Source: Trichodelitschia bisporula
Taxonomy: Eukaryota
DNA length: 43,072 nucleotides
Reading direction: 5' to 3'
Assembly: GCA_010356995.1 (NCBI GenBank)
Contig: ML996699.1
Span: forward strand, 278,323-321,394
Below the pieces are notes generated by a model. The model saw only the letters and a program-made list of their open reading frames with translations. It had not been told where the DNA came from and searched no databases. The position numbers and the translations under genes were made by a program. How positions within the stretch are numbered: the first letter of the stretch is position 1; each line of letters starts with the position of its first letter. Below, piece by piece: positions 22,640 through 33,988 of the stretch.

Positions 22640-24975
22640 GCATAGCAGTCAGCAACCCGCCTCCGCACAGAGGCGCAAGCAAGGCAAGCAAGCACCACGC
22701 TCACCCTCCCAACGCCCTACCCCTCCAAAAACGAGCGGTGTGCACCCCTCCGCCTCCACCCCCGGCCCCGGCTAGCCGTCCTGCGCGCTGCACACATCCC
22801 AGCCCGGCATCTCGCCTCGTTGCGCCTGTGAAGGGCGAGGCCTGATATCAAGCCGCAGAGATGCGGGCTCCCTGCACCAACATCTCGCCAGAGCTGTAAT
22901 GCCTACGAGCAGCTACAAAACTCCACGCACCCGTATCTTGCTGCCGAGCAATGCGGATCTGTAAGCCGGACGCCCCTCCCGCAGCGCAGCCCTACGCGCG
23001 GCGGAAGACAGGCTCGGCGGTGGGTACCCGAGGCCGGGACCCCGCGCGTGTCTATGATTTCTCCGTCCCGGCGTGCTCAGCATACGGCCAATGTCTGGTG
23101 AGCGGATTGCGCTCGGGCGTTTGCTAACGGCGATGACGCGGTGTGCATTCGGCGCGCCCGCCTGGAAGGTGCTAAGCTTTGTGCTAAGGGCGTGGTGAAT
23201 TTTGCTCGTGGCGGCGGACATGGAAGGCGGCTCTGTGCTGGGGCCGGGGGGGGGGGAAGATTTGGGTAATCACGGGAGGGGTTCTTTGTCCTTTGCTGGG
23301 GGGGAGGTGATTTTTAGGGCGTGCGAAGGAGGGGCGGGACGGCGCTTACGGTGCGGTACTGCCGTATAAGGTGAGATGCGGACCGTTGAACCGTGGGGCC
23401 GTTTGATGATGTGATGTTACTGTAAACGGCTACGGAGGGGATCCTTGGATGAGGGGGGTGAGGTTGGGCGTAAGGCTGCCTTTCGCCCTGCTTACGGGAC
23501 GCAGCGCCCTTCGGGCCGGGGCATTTGTCATGAGGGGATTTGCACAACAACGGATGACAGTTACAAGCAACGGCAGGGAACACACCATCCTACAGTATCT
23601 CGCTCAGCGTCCTCTGTGCAAACGAAAGCATAGTACCGGAATCCACCCCATGACCCCTCAGCAACCAAAAGCATAACGGGCCATGCGGACGAGTCAACAA
23701 CAAACGGCAAAACTCCGAACACGATCGCGATGCCCGCAGACCCACCCCAATAAGGCAAGTTCCTCGGCTCAGCGCACGCGGTCGCACGAGGCACTCTGGC
23801 CAGATTGGGCGGCGGGGGCTCGTGCGATGGAATATTCGCTGAGCGGGAGATCGGAAGGCGATGTGCGAGGGGCCGCCTGATCCTCGGTCGGCGGCTTCAA
23901 TATACTGGCCCTTTGCCGGGGAGGGGTTTACCGATATATATTGAGGAGGGCGGTCGATGGACCTGGGTGATGGATGGCTATATCGGGCGGAGCATTAAGG
24001 TTGGCGACTTGGGACTGGGTTTGGGATAGAAGGGATTGTGCCAGTTCTTGATGGGCGCTATTTGCGGTGATTAGCAAGGTGTTTTATCACGCCTAATTTT
24101 CGCTGTGGTTTATATTGCCGCCATCGAACTTGAGACCCGACGTCCAGTCAAACATCCCCGTGGCGTTAGTGGCGCTCCGACGTCCATCTGATAAGTCGCC
24201 TCTCCCACGATCATCAGGCAACAACATCAACGCCCAACGGTGCTCCGATCACGGCCCCGACGTGAAATCCGCAACCCCCACGGCGGACTCCGTAGATGCG
24301 CGAGGTTGAACGCCCGTCACACCCCGCGCCCCGCGCCGTACCCGCCGGATACGGGAGGGACGCGCACATGACACCGGCGCGGGGCGCGGGGGAAGCGCTG
24401 TGGATGAGGTGTGATGGGACCGGACCCGCGCGCCTGGGACGGCGGTTGGTTGTGGTGGGAGGTTCATTTCCACTGCACACGTTGAGGTGTGGGATGGGGG
24501 TTTAAAGCGTGTGTGAACGGTTCGTGATGGGAGCGCGTTGTTGTGGATGGGAGGTCGGGGGATGACGCGTGGTTTGGCTTGGGGGAGGGGCGGCGTTTGC
24601 CTGTTTTGGGATGGATGGTGGGGGTACTGCACGGTTAACTGCACGGTTAACTGCACGTTGTACCTACAGCGGGGTTGAGGCGGGGGAGATACATGCAGCG
24701 GGACGATGGGCCAAGGGCTACCCGAAAAAGTCATGTCACCTCCCTACCAGCGTTTGTTGCAGGCCACCGACGAAAGCGCGACACAACTTTTTCGCTTGGC
24801 CCTAAGGCTCTCTGTGCGTACGTAGAGTAGTACCTGCGAGGTACGTACCTGCCTCACGCTAGCAGCCCGTCTCCGCGAGACATCCTCCATCACATATCAC
24901 ATATCACACACTCATCATATATCGTAGTCTCACACTCATCCCGCCCATCCCCCTCGCTCACCCTCCTTCAACCCC

Positions 24976-24976
<1 letters not shown>

Positions 24977-25057
<81 letters not shown>

Positions 25058-25064
25058 CCCCCCC
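24977..25064. repeat. Poly(C)/poly(G) tract (~78 uninterrupted C, then T and 9 C)
   Basis: Read directly from the sequence. Confidence 0.95.
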
Positions 25065-28000
25065 TACGGTCATCTGCCAAAATCTGCTTCGCTGGCACTC
25101 AGCCTCGCGGGCCCCCCTTGCCGCCACTTTGCGCGTGTGCCACAGCCTACCTTCTAAGACCCTGCACCCATCTAGCCGCGCAGGCCGGAACGCGCGTTCC
25201 GAGCAACGCTATCCCAGGCGGGTGAGGGATGCAGGAGCGCGCGTTGTTGTTTTGCCTATTCTCTGCCTGCGTTTGTTGCCTGCGCACGCGACGCGGGCGG
25301 TTGGTTGGCGCCCGGGATCCCGGCCTGGTCGGTCGGTCTAGTGGGGGAGGGGTAGATGCCGGGGTTGAGTGGGGTGGTTGGGTGTTGGGCCAGCGGGGGG
25401 ATTTTTTTGGTTGGTGAGGGGGTTGACGGGCTTGTTTGGGGGATTTATGCTTGCGGGTCTTGTGGAGGATGGAGATTTTGGGGGGTTGGGGGCGGGAATG
25501 GGGAGCAATATCTCGGGTTGGGATCGGCCGGTGCAGATGAGGGTCGGTTCGGGCCGAGTCAGGGGAGAGGGCATTCGGAGGTTGAAACACGGTATCTCGC
25601 GGTGGAGATGTACGTACAAGCGTCGGATGCTAAACGTTGTAGGATCCTTACTTGCCGTCTAATTGACCACAAAAATATCCCCTTTCCGAGCACAGCGAGT
25701 GATTTCACTTCCTCCACTCCTCGAAATCTTCACGCGACGGATCTACCATCCCAGCCTTACTGCTGGGAATATCTGAGACTTGTTTGACATCTGTCAATCG
25801 ATCCTTGCACGATACGGGCTCCCCCGGTGATTTTACCGTTGGGCCCACGCTTGACCGAGGGAGTAGCAGTCTGTTCAGCGATTGGTTGGTTTATCGTAGT
25901 CGGTGGTTGAAGATGGGAGGGATGTGAAATGCACCGTCGGTCAGCAAGGATATCTGTGTGGAAGGTGGTCGTAAACCTCCTGCTGACGATCATCGACAGC
26001 GATGACACCCTCACCCACTGTGGCCCTGCTTTCTGTCGGAAATTACCCCGATGTGAAGTCAGGATTGTCAGTTGCGCCGGCAGGATTGGAAAATCCCATC
26101 CTGTCCAAACATGGGCAAATCTGCTGCGGAATTGCATTTCTAATGCGCCAGCCTTGCCGTAACCGCCCCGCAGCCGCCAGCCTCTTCTGCACCGATGACA
26201 GGTTTATCTCCCGTTTTCTCCATCTTGCATGCATACGGATTATATCCACAGACATTTGGTCAATCCGATGAAGAGTAGAGCAGGCGCTGACCATACGTCT
26301 GCTCCTTACCGGCGACCACCCATTAGCCGAGCATACATATCCCTAGCCATATCCGGAGACCACGAAGCGCATGCCAGCCATCAACCGCCTTCAATCTCCA
26401 TTCCCTTACCTCCATTGAACCCCCCTTTCCCCACCGATGACGTCGCCAATCCCAAGACGTCAAAATTCCCCGAAGTGAGACCGCGCATGCCACTCCCACC
26501 CCGCGCTTCCGCGCCTCCCCCACACCAAACGCCACCGATGTAAGCTGCCAACCTCGAGTCCCCACTCCAACGCAACCTTAACCTTGTTTTCCCTCCCTGC
26601 GCACCCAGCAGGCGCCCTACCGCTGATGGCCAGCCTTGCACGCCTTGCGCCAGGCAGGGTAACATCGAAGGGATGCGTTCTGCACACGCGATCCACGGCG
26701 CACCCATCTTGACGCCCACCACCACCACCATCGGTACACGGCAATTCTCGTCCTTACCATCCACCATTCGCTTCCGCCGCAGAGGGATACCACCACACCA
26801 CGGCATTAGCACGCAAAAAACCCACCATCGCAACGCCCTTCGCAACCTTCCAACACCCCACGTGTCCCTCATTCATTGTTCCTCAATCTTCACAGTCCCC
26901 AGGCCCCTCGCACAACATGCGCTAACAGCACCGCCGTGCTCCACCCCTTGCGCCGTGCACCCATCCCATCGCTCACCAGCCGCACCGTTCGCATCGCATC
27001 GCATCGCACCGCACAACGCCCTCTCAGTATCGATCGGCGCATCGGCGGCCCCTCACATGCACCCGCCGCGCCCAAGGCCCTCACATGCACTACCACGTAT
27101 CCCGGCACCTTTGTTTAATCACCCCTCCTAATCCGCTAAATGCCCAGCCGCAACAGCAGCAAGCGGTGCACAGCGCTCCCTTTCACAGAACCGCCGCGCC
27201 GGGTCCAATCCCTGCGCCCCGGACCTTTCCCCTCTTCTTCTTACCCCGCTTCGACGTCACGCCGCTCTACGTAGGGTAAGGCACACGATCGCTCTTGCCA
27301 CGACGGGAATTGGCGGTCCGCGACGATGGAGGGGCGTGAGTGTCACGGGCGTAATGCTGACGAGCTAAAGTACTATCACGAGCATCTCACGATGCAATCC
27401 CCCGCCTGCACCGCCGTTGGATACACGGCCCGGCTTACTGTGCGGGTTTCAGACGCAGCTATATCGCTCCACCACGCCCCGCCTGCGCGCGAGTCAAGCA
27501 AGCAAGCATACCGCCGGACAGCACGACGAAGACGGATCCTGCCCCGCAGCGCGCGCGGTATGCGAGCTCGCCTATCGCGGCCCTCGCTTGCTTGCGTTTC
27601 AGCCCTTACTGACTCGCCCAGGTGGTACCGATCGCCGTCACGCTCTATGCACTACAGCCATGCGATACGCTAACCGGCAATTAGCATCGAAACCGGGCCG
27701 GGTCCCGATCCCGGATGTGCATCCGGGCCGAGACAGTGTGGCGGCGTGGCGCCCGGACCACGCCCGAGAAGTCCCCGATTCAACACGGCCGGTCCGCTAC
27801 TTGCAGGGCACGTCCCCGCGGCTAGCCCTGCGGGACCAGCCACAGACCCTGGCATCCATCCGTCCGAGACTCAGATCCCGCGTGTCCCTACCGGCTCGCC
27901 TCTCGCCTTAACATCCCGGCTAGACTAGCACCTCGTCCCGCGCAAAAGCTTCGGTTTGCTTATTGAAACCCACTGTTCGACACTCGATTGCGGAATCATC

Positions 28001-29041
28001 CGAAGCACTGGAGATCGGGCAGCGATGGGTGCTCCTTCCTCAGCCGGCCAAACCAGGTCCCGCCCTAAAGCTTCAGTAGCCCCATTAGCAACACCACCGT
28101 CCGGAACTAGAATCGCAGAATCACCCGGTCGGAGCCGATATGGATCCTGATGGCGGCTGGTTAGCCTCACCTGGTTTGTGCAGACCCGGCTCTGCCGCCA
28201 TCTCTCTCGGTCCCACCGTTTGCCATGCCAACGGCGTAGGGTCGACGTAAGTGGCGGCCCGGCTTGGGCCTTCGTGCGGTAGCCAATGCAGACTCTTCGA
28301 TGGCGCAATAGACTAGCAGGCTGAGTGGCCGATGTGACGTGGGGCTGCTATTATGCGGCTCCCATGCATGGGGTGTACGGTAGATAAGGTCGGCAGACAA
28401 GCTCAGCATCGCTACCCGACTTCACGGCCGGGACCGTGCGAGCGGACCAAGTTGCGGCCCAATTTACTAACCCGATGGCTTCTGGAAGGATAGCATCCGC
28501 AAGGCTGAATTGCGTCATTGCGGGCAGGGTGGGTAGGGTAAGCGCCAGATGCGCAAGCGGTACACGCGCGTGTATGCTCGCGGCTGGAATGCGGAGGACA
28601 AGTGCGCCAACACGGGATTGGCCGGCCGAGTCCGTGATGCAAGTGCTAGTTCCCGGTGTTTGGTCCATATGTATGTGACGGAAGCCGTTCCGAGGAGTCG
28701 TACTCCGCAGCACGTGTGCACATTAGCGGCTCGGTAAGAGATGTTTGCTGTCTCGGACTACCACGTAAGAGGGACGTGATGGTCGATAGCATGCTCACGA
28801 TATATGTGCAACGAGGGCCCGTATGTGCGATGGTATGCAAAGTGATCAGACTGGGATTGGGGAGCTTTCATTTTCCTAGATTTGCTTGCGCGCCATGCCG
28901 TGCGAAAACGCCTCGCTTCCTAAATTCCTGGAAAGAAGGAGGTCTATGTCTCATCATGGCATTCCACGCGGCCATCACCGGACGCGCACCGCATCCAGCA
29001 AGTCATGTCCGCTCCCGATACTCCGATCCAATGTCGCATAC

Positions 29042-31919
29042 CTAGAAGTCATTCTCGTCACTCCCGGCGATGATAACATTATTGATCTGTGTTGCAGAAA
29101 AGGTTAGCATCGATCCACACAAGTATCACGTGTGAATATCAAATCCGCCCTCCCGACCCGGCCCGCCAGCCGCACATCTTGCGCGGAAGTCCGCCCAGGC
29201 CGGATAACTGGCCGGCTTGCGCCGTCGTCGGGCACACACCAGATGCCGTGCACCCGCACCTGCACTCTCACCGCCTGCTTTTCCCCGATACCCGGGCGTT
29301 GCACGGGGCGCGGCTACCGGGTTTGCGTGCTTGTGCGACCGCGGCTGCATAGCCGTCTCGCACGAGTGCAGCCCACCATCGGTGATGGGAAGGACAGGGA
29401 CGGGAAGGTAGACGGGTCATAGACGGAAGTAGCCGAAGGAGAGCGGGAAGCCGACGAGGGCGTGATAGGGAAGGGCCGGGGGTGAGGAAGGAGGGGGTGA
29501 GGAAGGAGGGGGGAGGTGGTTATACAGTCAACCAGGGTAGGTCATCGATGTCTCGCGCAGCAGGACATCAAATGCGAAAAAGTGGCATGATAACGAGCAA
29601 TGAAAATCTCGGACGTTACGCACCTTGAGTACCATCCGACACAGTTGTGTCGCCAACAGAAGTTGCGACCGCTTGGAGATCAGGGGATCAATAACGAAGT
29701 GCTGCCGCATGTCTGGTTCCCGGGCGCATGGTGTGTTAGCCAATCGCGATCTGCATGAATGTGCAACGAAAAAGCAGCCAATAGCTCGCACAAATGAGAC
29801 AAATGAATATCAAGGTGTTGCTGTGACAGCCATTTCTGTGACCGCACCCAACCTGCTGGATTTCGACGAGGGTGGGGGTCAAGGAGGGGTCGCGAAACCT
29901 GCTGTACGCCCGCATCGTAGGGCGGGAAGCGCTTCCGACTCCCCACCTCGGATTGGACGCTAGCAGGCGCCGTGCGTGGCTGACCTCTTGGATTGCCGCG
30001 AAAAGCACCACCACAAGAGCGGCCAAAACGGCCAGGGCCGGATAAAATGCAATCAAGGAGAATACAAAGGGGGTCATCTGCTCACCGTTGCTGCCAGTCT
30101 GCATGCAGTCTACGCCCAGGCGGGAGTTTTTCTCCTTGACCTGCCGCGACTTGATGGATGCTAAAGTTTCGATTGGCGCAAAGCCTGAATTCTCCGCCAG
30201 GGCCATGGGGACAGCATCAAGAGCCTCCGCGAAAGCGCGCATAGCATACTGCTCGAGCCCAGGGGTCTGCACGAGGTTAGTCCGCTTCCGGGAAATGCTC
30301 GAGAGAAACAGACCTTCACTGCCGCTTCCTCGATCGCAAGGGAGCAGGCTATCTCGGCTGCACCTCCGCCATATACGACGCGGTTATCGCGGACGAGGTT
30401 GCGGACGACGCAGATGGCGTCATGTAGCGAGCGCTTAGCTTCGTCGATGATCTGCGACGTTAGCGACGAAGTAGACGACAGTCGGCGAGCATACCATCTT
30501 GTTGCTGCCTCTTATGAACGCAGTAACGGCCCGCGTGTTGGCGCACTCCTCGATGACGAGCATCTTGTCACGGGTCGTCCCAAACGACATCTCGCGGACG
30601 ATACCGGCCTTGCCCAGCTTGGCGGCCGTCAGGTCCTCGAACCGGGGCACAATACGACCGTTGGTCGCAATGGCGATGAGTTCAATCTCGGGACCGCCCA
30701 CCCATCGCACGGCAGGGAGCTTGTTGGTGAGCAGCAAGTGATTCGCCTCGTCGTCGAAGCCCCACTGGCAGATGACGACATTCGCACCGGTCGCCTTGAT
30801 TTGTTCAATCATCTCTGTGAACTTCTCGCTCTCGTAATTCTGCAGACGCTTAAACTCCTCAACGGAGGTGATGTCCAGCTTGTGCTTAGTCTTGGGCTTA
30901 GGAGGCTCAAATGCGCACGTCAGAATGGCGAGTTTAGCATCGCGAACCTCCGACGGCATCTGCGGATGTGAGAAGTCCTTGTCGACAATGACGCCCTTGA
31001 CCAGCAGCGAGTCCTCGAGCGAGCCGCCGACCTTGCCGTCGACTTTGATGAGCTCAAAGTCGACGTCCTTGCGCTCCAGATCGGCTACCGACAGCACCGC
31101 GTCTACGGCAATTTTGGCGAACTGGTCGTGAGCCTTGGACACGATCTTGCTTCCCAAGCTCGTCCGCGCAACCCGCAACAGGTTCTGGGTGTCGTCGCGG
31201 GAAAACTCAATGACGTCGCTGATCTTGTCGAGCTCCGCCACGGCAATCTCGCATGCCTCGTCATAGCCCTCTGCTATCCGAATCGGGTGAATGCCCTTAT
31301 CGATGAGGTCCGCTGCTTGCTCCAGGAGAGCGCCCGCAAGCACGACAACACCCGTGGTACCGTCTCCTATTTCCTCATCCTGCGACTTTGATAGTTCTAC
31401 AAGGAGCTTGGCAACGTTGTTGGAGATCTCCATTTGGGAGAGGATGGTGGCGCCATCGTTTGTGACTGTGATATCTCCATCGGGCGAGATAAGGATCTTG
31501 TCTAGTCCGCGTGGGCCCTAACATGTTTAGCTGGTATCCAAATCGCGGCGAACACCGTCATACCAGCGACGTCTTGACGATATTTGCCACTGTCCGTGCC
31601 GCAATAATGTGCGCTTTGACGGCATCGTTTCCATGTAAACGCGTCTTTTTGCCTTGACTGAAAGCGGTCAGCGGTTGGATATCCGGCTCGTGAATGGTGC
31701 CTTACTCCCGGACGACGATGAACGGCCGGCCCTGCTCATCCTGCATCACCCTTGCTATACGGCATTAGCCTCAGTTCGATGCCTTGGAGCCGCCAAGTCT
31801 ACAGAGTGCAGCGGTACAGGTGTAGAGGAGAAGTACCTTGGGACATGTCAAGTTCTGGAGCAAGGTATTAGCGCTACTGATGTCGGACGGGAAGTGTGCC
31901 TAGACTCACGCATAGCCAT
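29042..31919 (-). CDS. cct5: T-complex protein 1 subunit epsilon (CCT5), 548 aa; exons 31919-31910, 31854-31837, 31754-31706, 31657-31564, 31517-30495, 30451-30314, 30266-30086, 29712-29624, 29086-29042
   Basis: The spliced product reads [30 protein letters not shown]...TSLGPRGLDK...GDGTTGVV...[11 protein letters not shown]...[10 protein letters not shown]...[44 protein letters not shown]. All eight introns are GT..AG with CTRAY-like branch sites and consistent phases (1647 nt in total). Confidence 0.96.
29130..29550 (-). ncRNA. Candidate structured intronic ncRNA in CCT5 intron 8 (intron 29623-29087, 537 nt)
   Basis: Oversized intron. Closing helix 29427-29413 with 29160-29144; internal helix CUGCACUC/GAGUGCAG (29371-29364 with 29267-29260). 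It ends in the same UUGAUAUUCA, about 25 nt before the branch point. Confidence 0.4.
29800..30080 (-). ncRNA. Candidate structured intronic ncRNA (snoRNA-like) in CCT5 intron 7 (intron 30085-29713, 373 nt)
   Basis: Oversized intron. A ~15-bp helix (29950-29935 with 29882-29867) is nested in CCUGCU/AGCAGG and GCAC/GUGC helices. It ends in UUGAUAUUCA, about 65 nt before the branch point. Confidence 0.4.
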
Positions 31920-32336
31920 GTTGGACGAAGCCTCAGGCTCAGCAGACGATGTCTAGAGTAAAGGGAGATGAGGGTGGATATCGGACAGAAGGTCGGGGAA
32001 GAGAGTTGTGCGAAAGAGGTGGGGTTAAAGCGTAAAGCTGGGGTGGTGGAGGGGAAGGAGGGGGTAGTAGTCGACAGCCCACCTCCACATCGGCGATAAT
32101 TTTCTGGAAGACGTGCATGCCAAGCCCCGCGAACTTCGCGTCACCTTGTGCGGAGCTGGAGCTTCTAACGCGCCGCAAGCATTCACATCAACATCATCTG
32201 CTTCCACCCATTTCGTCAACACCTCGACTTGATCTTCATCCACCTCGTCACGCGCCGCTCCTTGCCAGCTTTTTGCTCCTTAACCTCGACAACAGCACAT
32301 TCGCGCGGATTCCTGTCCGTCTGTTGTCGCGCAATC
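31920..32336. promoter_or_regulatory. Bidirectional promoter region shared by cct5 and the HP1 gene (417 bp between start codons)
   Basis: Divergent ATGs at 31919 (-) and 32337 (+), with pyrimidine-rich leaders pointing in both directions. Confidence 0.7.
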
Positions 32337-33437
32337 ATGCCTACCTGTACGGACATCCCCATTGCGCGTCGCGACTGCTACTAATCTGCCATATAGTCTA
32401 CAGCGAGGAAGACGACAACCTTGTGGCATCGGAGAACGAGGCGGCTGCCGACCAGCTGACTTCGTTCAGCGATGCCGCCGGTGCGTCGACGGCTGGTTCG
32501 AAGGCTGGGTCAAAGGCTCCAACCGCCGATGTGATAAGAGTGGAGCAAGATAAGGACGCATCGGAGGATGACGGTGATGATGGTGATGTGACAGAGTACG
32601 AGCTACCTACCCTGGAATCTGACAATTCTGATATTTCGTAGATACGTCGTCGACTGCATCGTCAATCATGCGTGGATGGGCAAAGTAAGTTGCGCATCGT
32701 GCAGCACCTGCGCGTGTACTAATTGCTCCAGGTGCTCAAATACGAGGTCAAATGGGTCGATTACCCTGACAAGAAGGACCATACCTGGGAGCCCGAAGAA
32801 AATCTGTACTTTGCGCCGAACGGTTTGCCCGGTTAGCTTATCGATGCAGGGAAACTGCGTACGAGAGTCTCGAAGCCTACTGGAAGAAGATTGGTGGGCG
32901 CCCCGAGCCACCGAGCCGCAAGCGCAAGTCTGTGGCGGCAAAGGAAACCCCAGAGCCCAAGCGTCGCGGTCGCAAGCCTAGGCAGAGCCTCCCATCTCAC
33001 GCGAAGAACAAGTCCAATGCCGATATCAAGTCGGAAACTCGGGATTCGGATGTCGAAACTCACGAGGAGTGGACGCCACCGAATGGGTCGTGGGAGGATC
33101 ATGTCCTTAACGTGGATGTGATCGAAGACAACCGCGATCCGACCACGGCCGAGCGCAGTCTCTACGCCTACGTTATCTGGCATCATGGGAAGAAGACGCG
33201 TCACCCCATCAACACCCTTCGGTACAAATGCCCACAGAAAGTAAGTACCGAATAGCGCGATGCAGATCGGGAGCTAATTGCATCTAGCTGTTGTCCTACT
33301 ACGAGCAGCACCTGTACGTAACGTCAATAGTATTCTCTTCGTTTTCCCTCTTTAATACTAATCTTGCCAGCGTTTTCAAATCCACTGCCTCTGACGACGG
33401 TGTTGAAGGCGTCAACCCCGAATCCATCGAGGCCTAG
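32337..33437 (+). CDS. Heterochromatin protein 1 (Swi6/HepA/HP1-like) with chromo and chromoshadow domains, 269 aa; exons 32337-32346, 32397-32595, 32642-32684, 32732-32805, 32850-33240, 33288-33313, 33371-33437
   Basis: Spliced chromodomain EYVVDCIVNH...YEVKWVDY...TWEPEENL with the aromatic cage intact; basic hinge; chromoshadow domain WTPPNGSWEDHV...KCPQKLLSYYEQHLVF. Six GT-AG introns are in phase (810 nt). Confidence 0.9.
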
Positions 33438-33988
33438 GTCGTCGTTTCGTCATGACCGTTTGCTAACATCGTTCCTTTCGCTAGGGTCTGGGTGTATCCT
33501 GATCAGAAGAGCTCCGCGGAAGCTGCCCTTTAAACGTCTACGTCAAGTCTAGCCCAGCTAGAATCACCTTCAAATGTCATGGGTTTTGCAAGAGTCATCT
33601 TCGGCGCAAGGCGGGAGGGGGCGGAGCGGCAAAGGGGTTGACTTCGACGATTCACCGCGTGTTGTCTTCGGTCTGACATGTATTTTGTCTCCGCGGCGTT
33701 AGTTATGGTAGGGGGTGTAATCGGAATTCCACCATCTTTCCCCAGACGTCTCGTATCAGTGTCACCGCTGGCGCGTTTGAGATAGTATGGCTGTTAATGA
33801 TCTACTTGGACAGATCAGCTTAACAGTCATCGTCCGTGTTCACCAGTTCCAACCGTATCAAATGTCTCTCATTGCGCCGTCTAGTCTTGCGAGAGAACCA
33901 AGAGGAAGCTAAATGGTAAAGGGAGATTGTCATAAGCTACAACCGCCGCCGCTTAACAAGCTGACAAGCCCCTAGCCTCATGGAGCGA

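Noticed and set aside
23868..23900. Hairpin with a TCCTCG loop resembling an HDV-like ribozyme L3
   Set aside because: There is no room for P2 and no P1.1, P4 or catalytic segment; it is a simple hairpin.
24936..25127. Poly-Gly ORF on the - strand
   Set aside because: It is merely the translation of the poly(C) homopolymer.
28846..28957. Minus-strand ATGATGA ... CTGA pair (C/D snoRNA-like) in the cct5 3' region
   Set aside because: No terminal stem and no recognisable rRNA-complementary guide; it lies in a probable 3' UTR.
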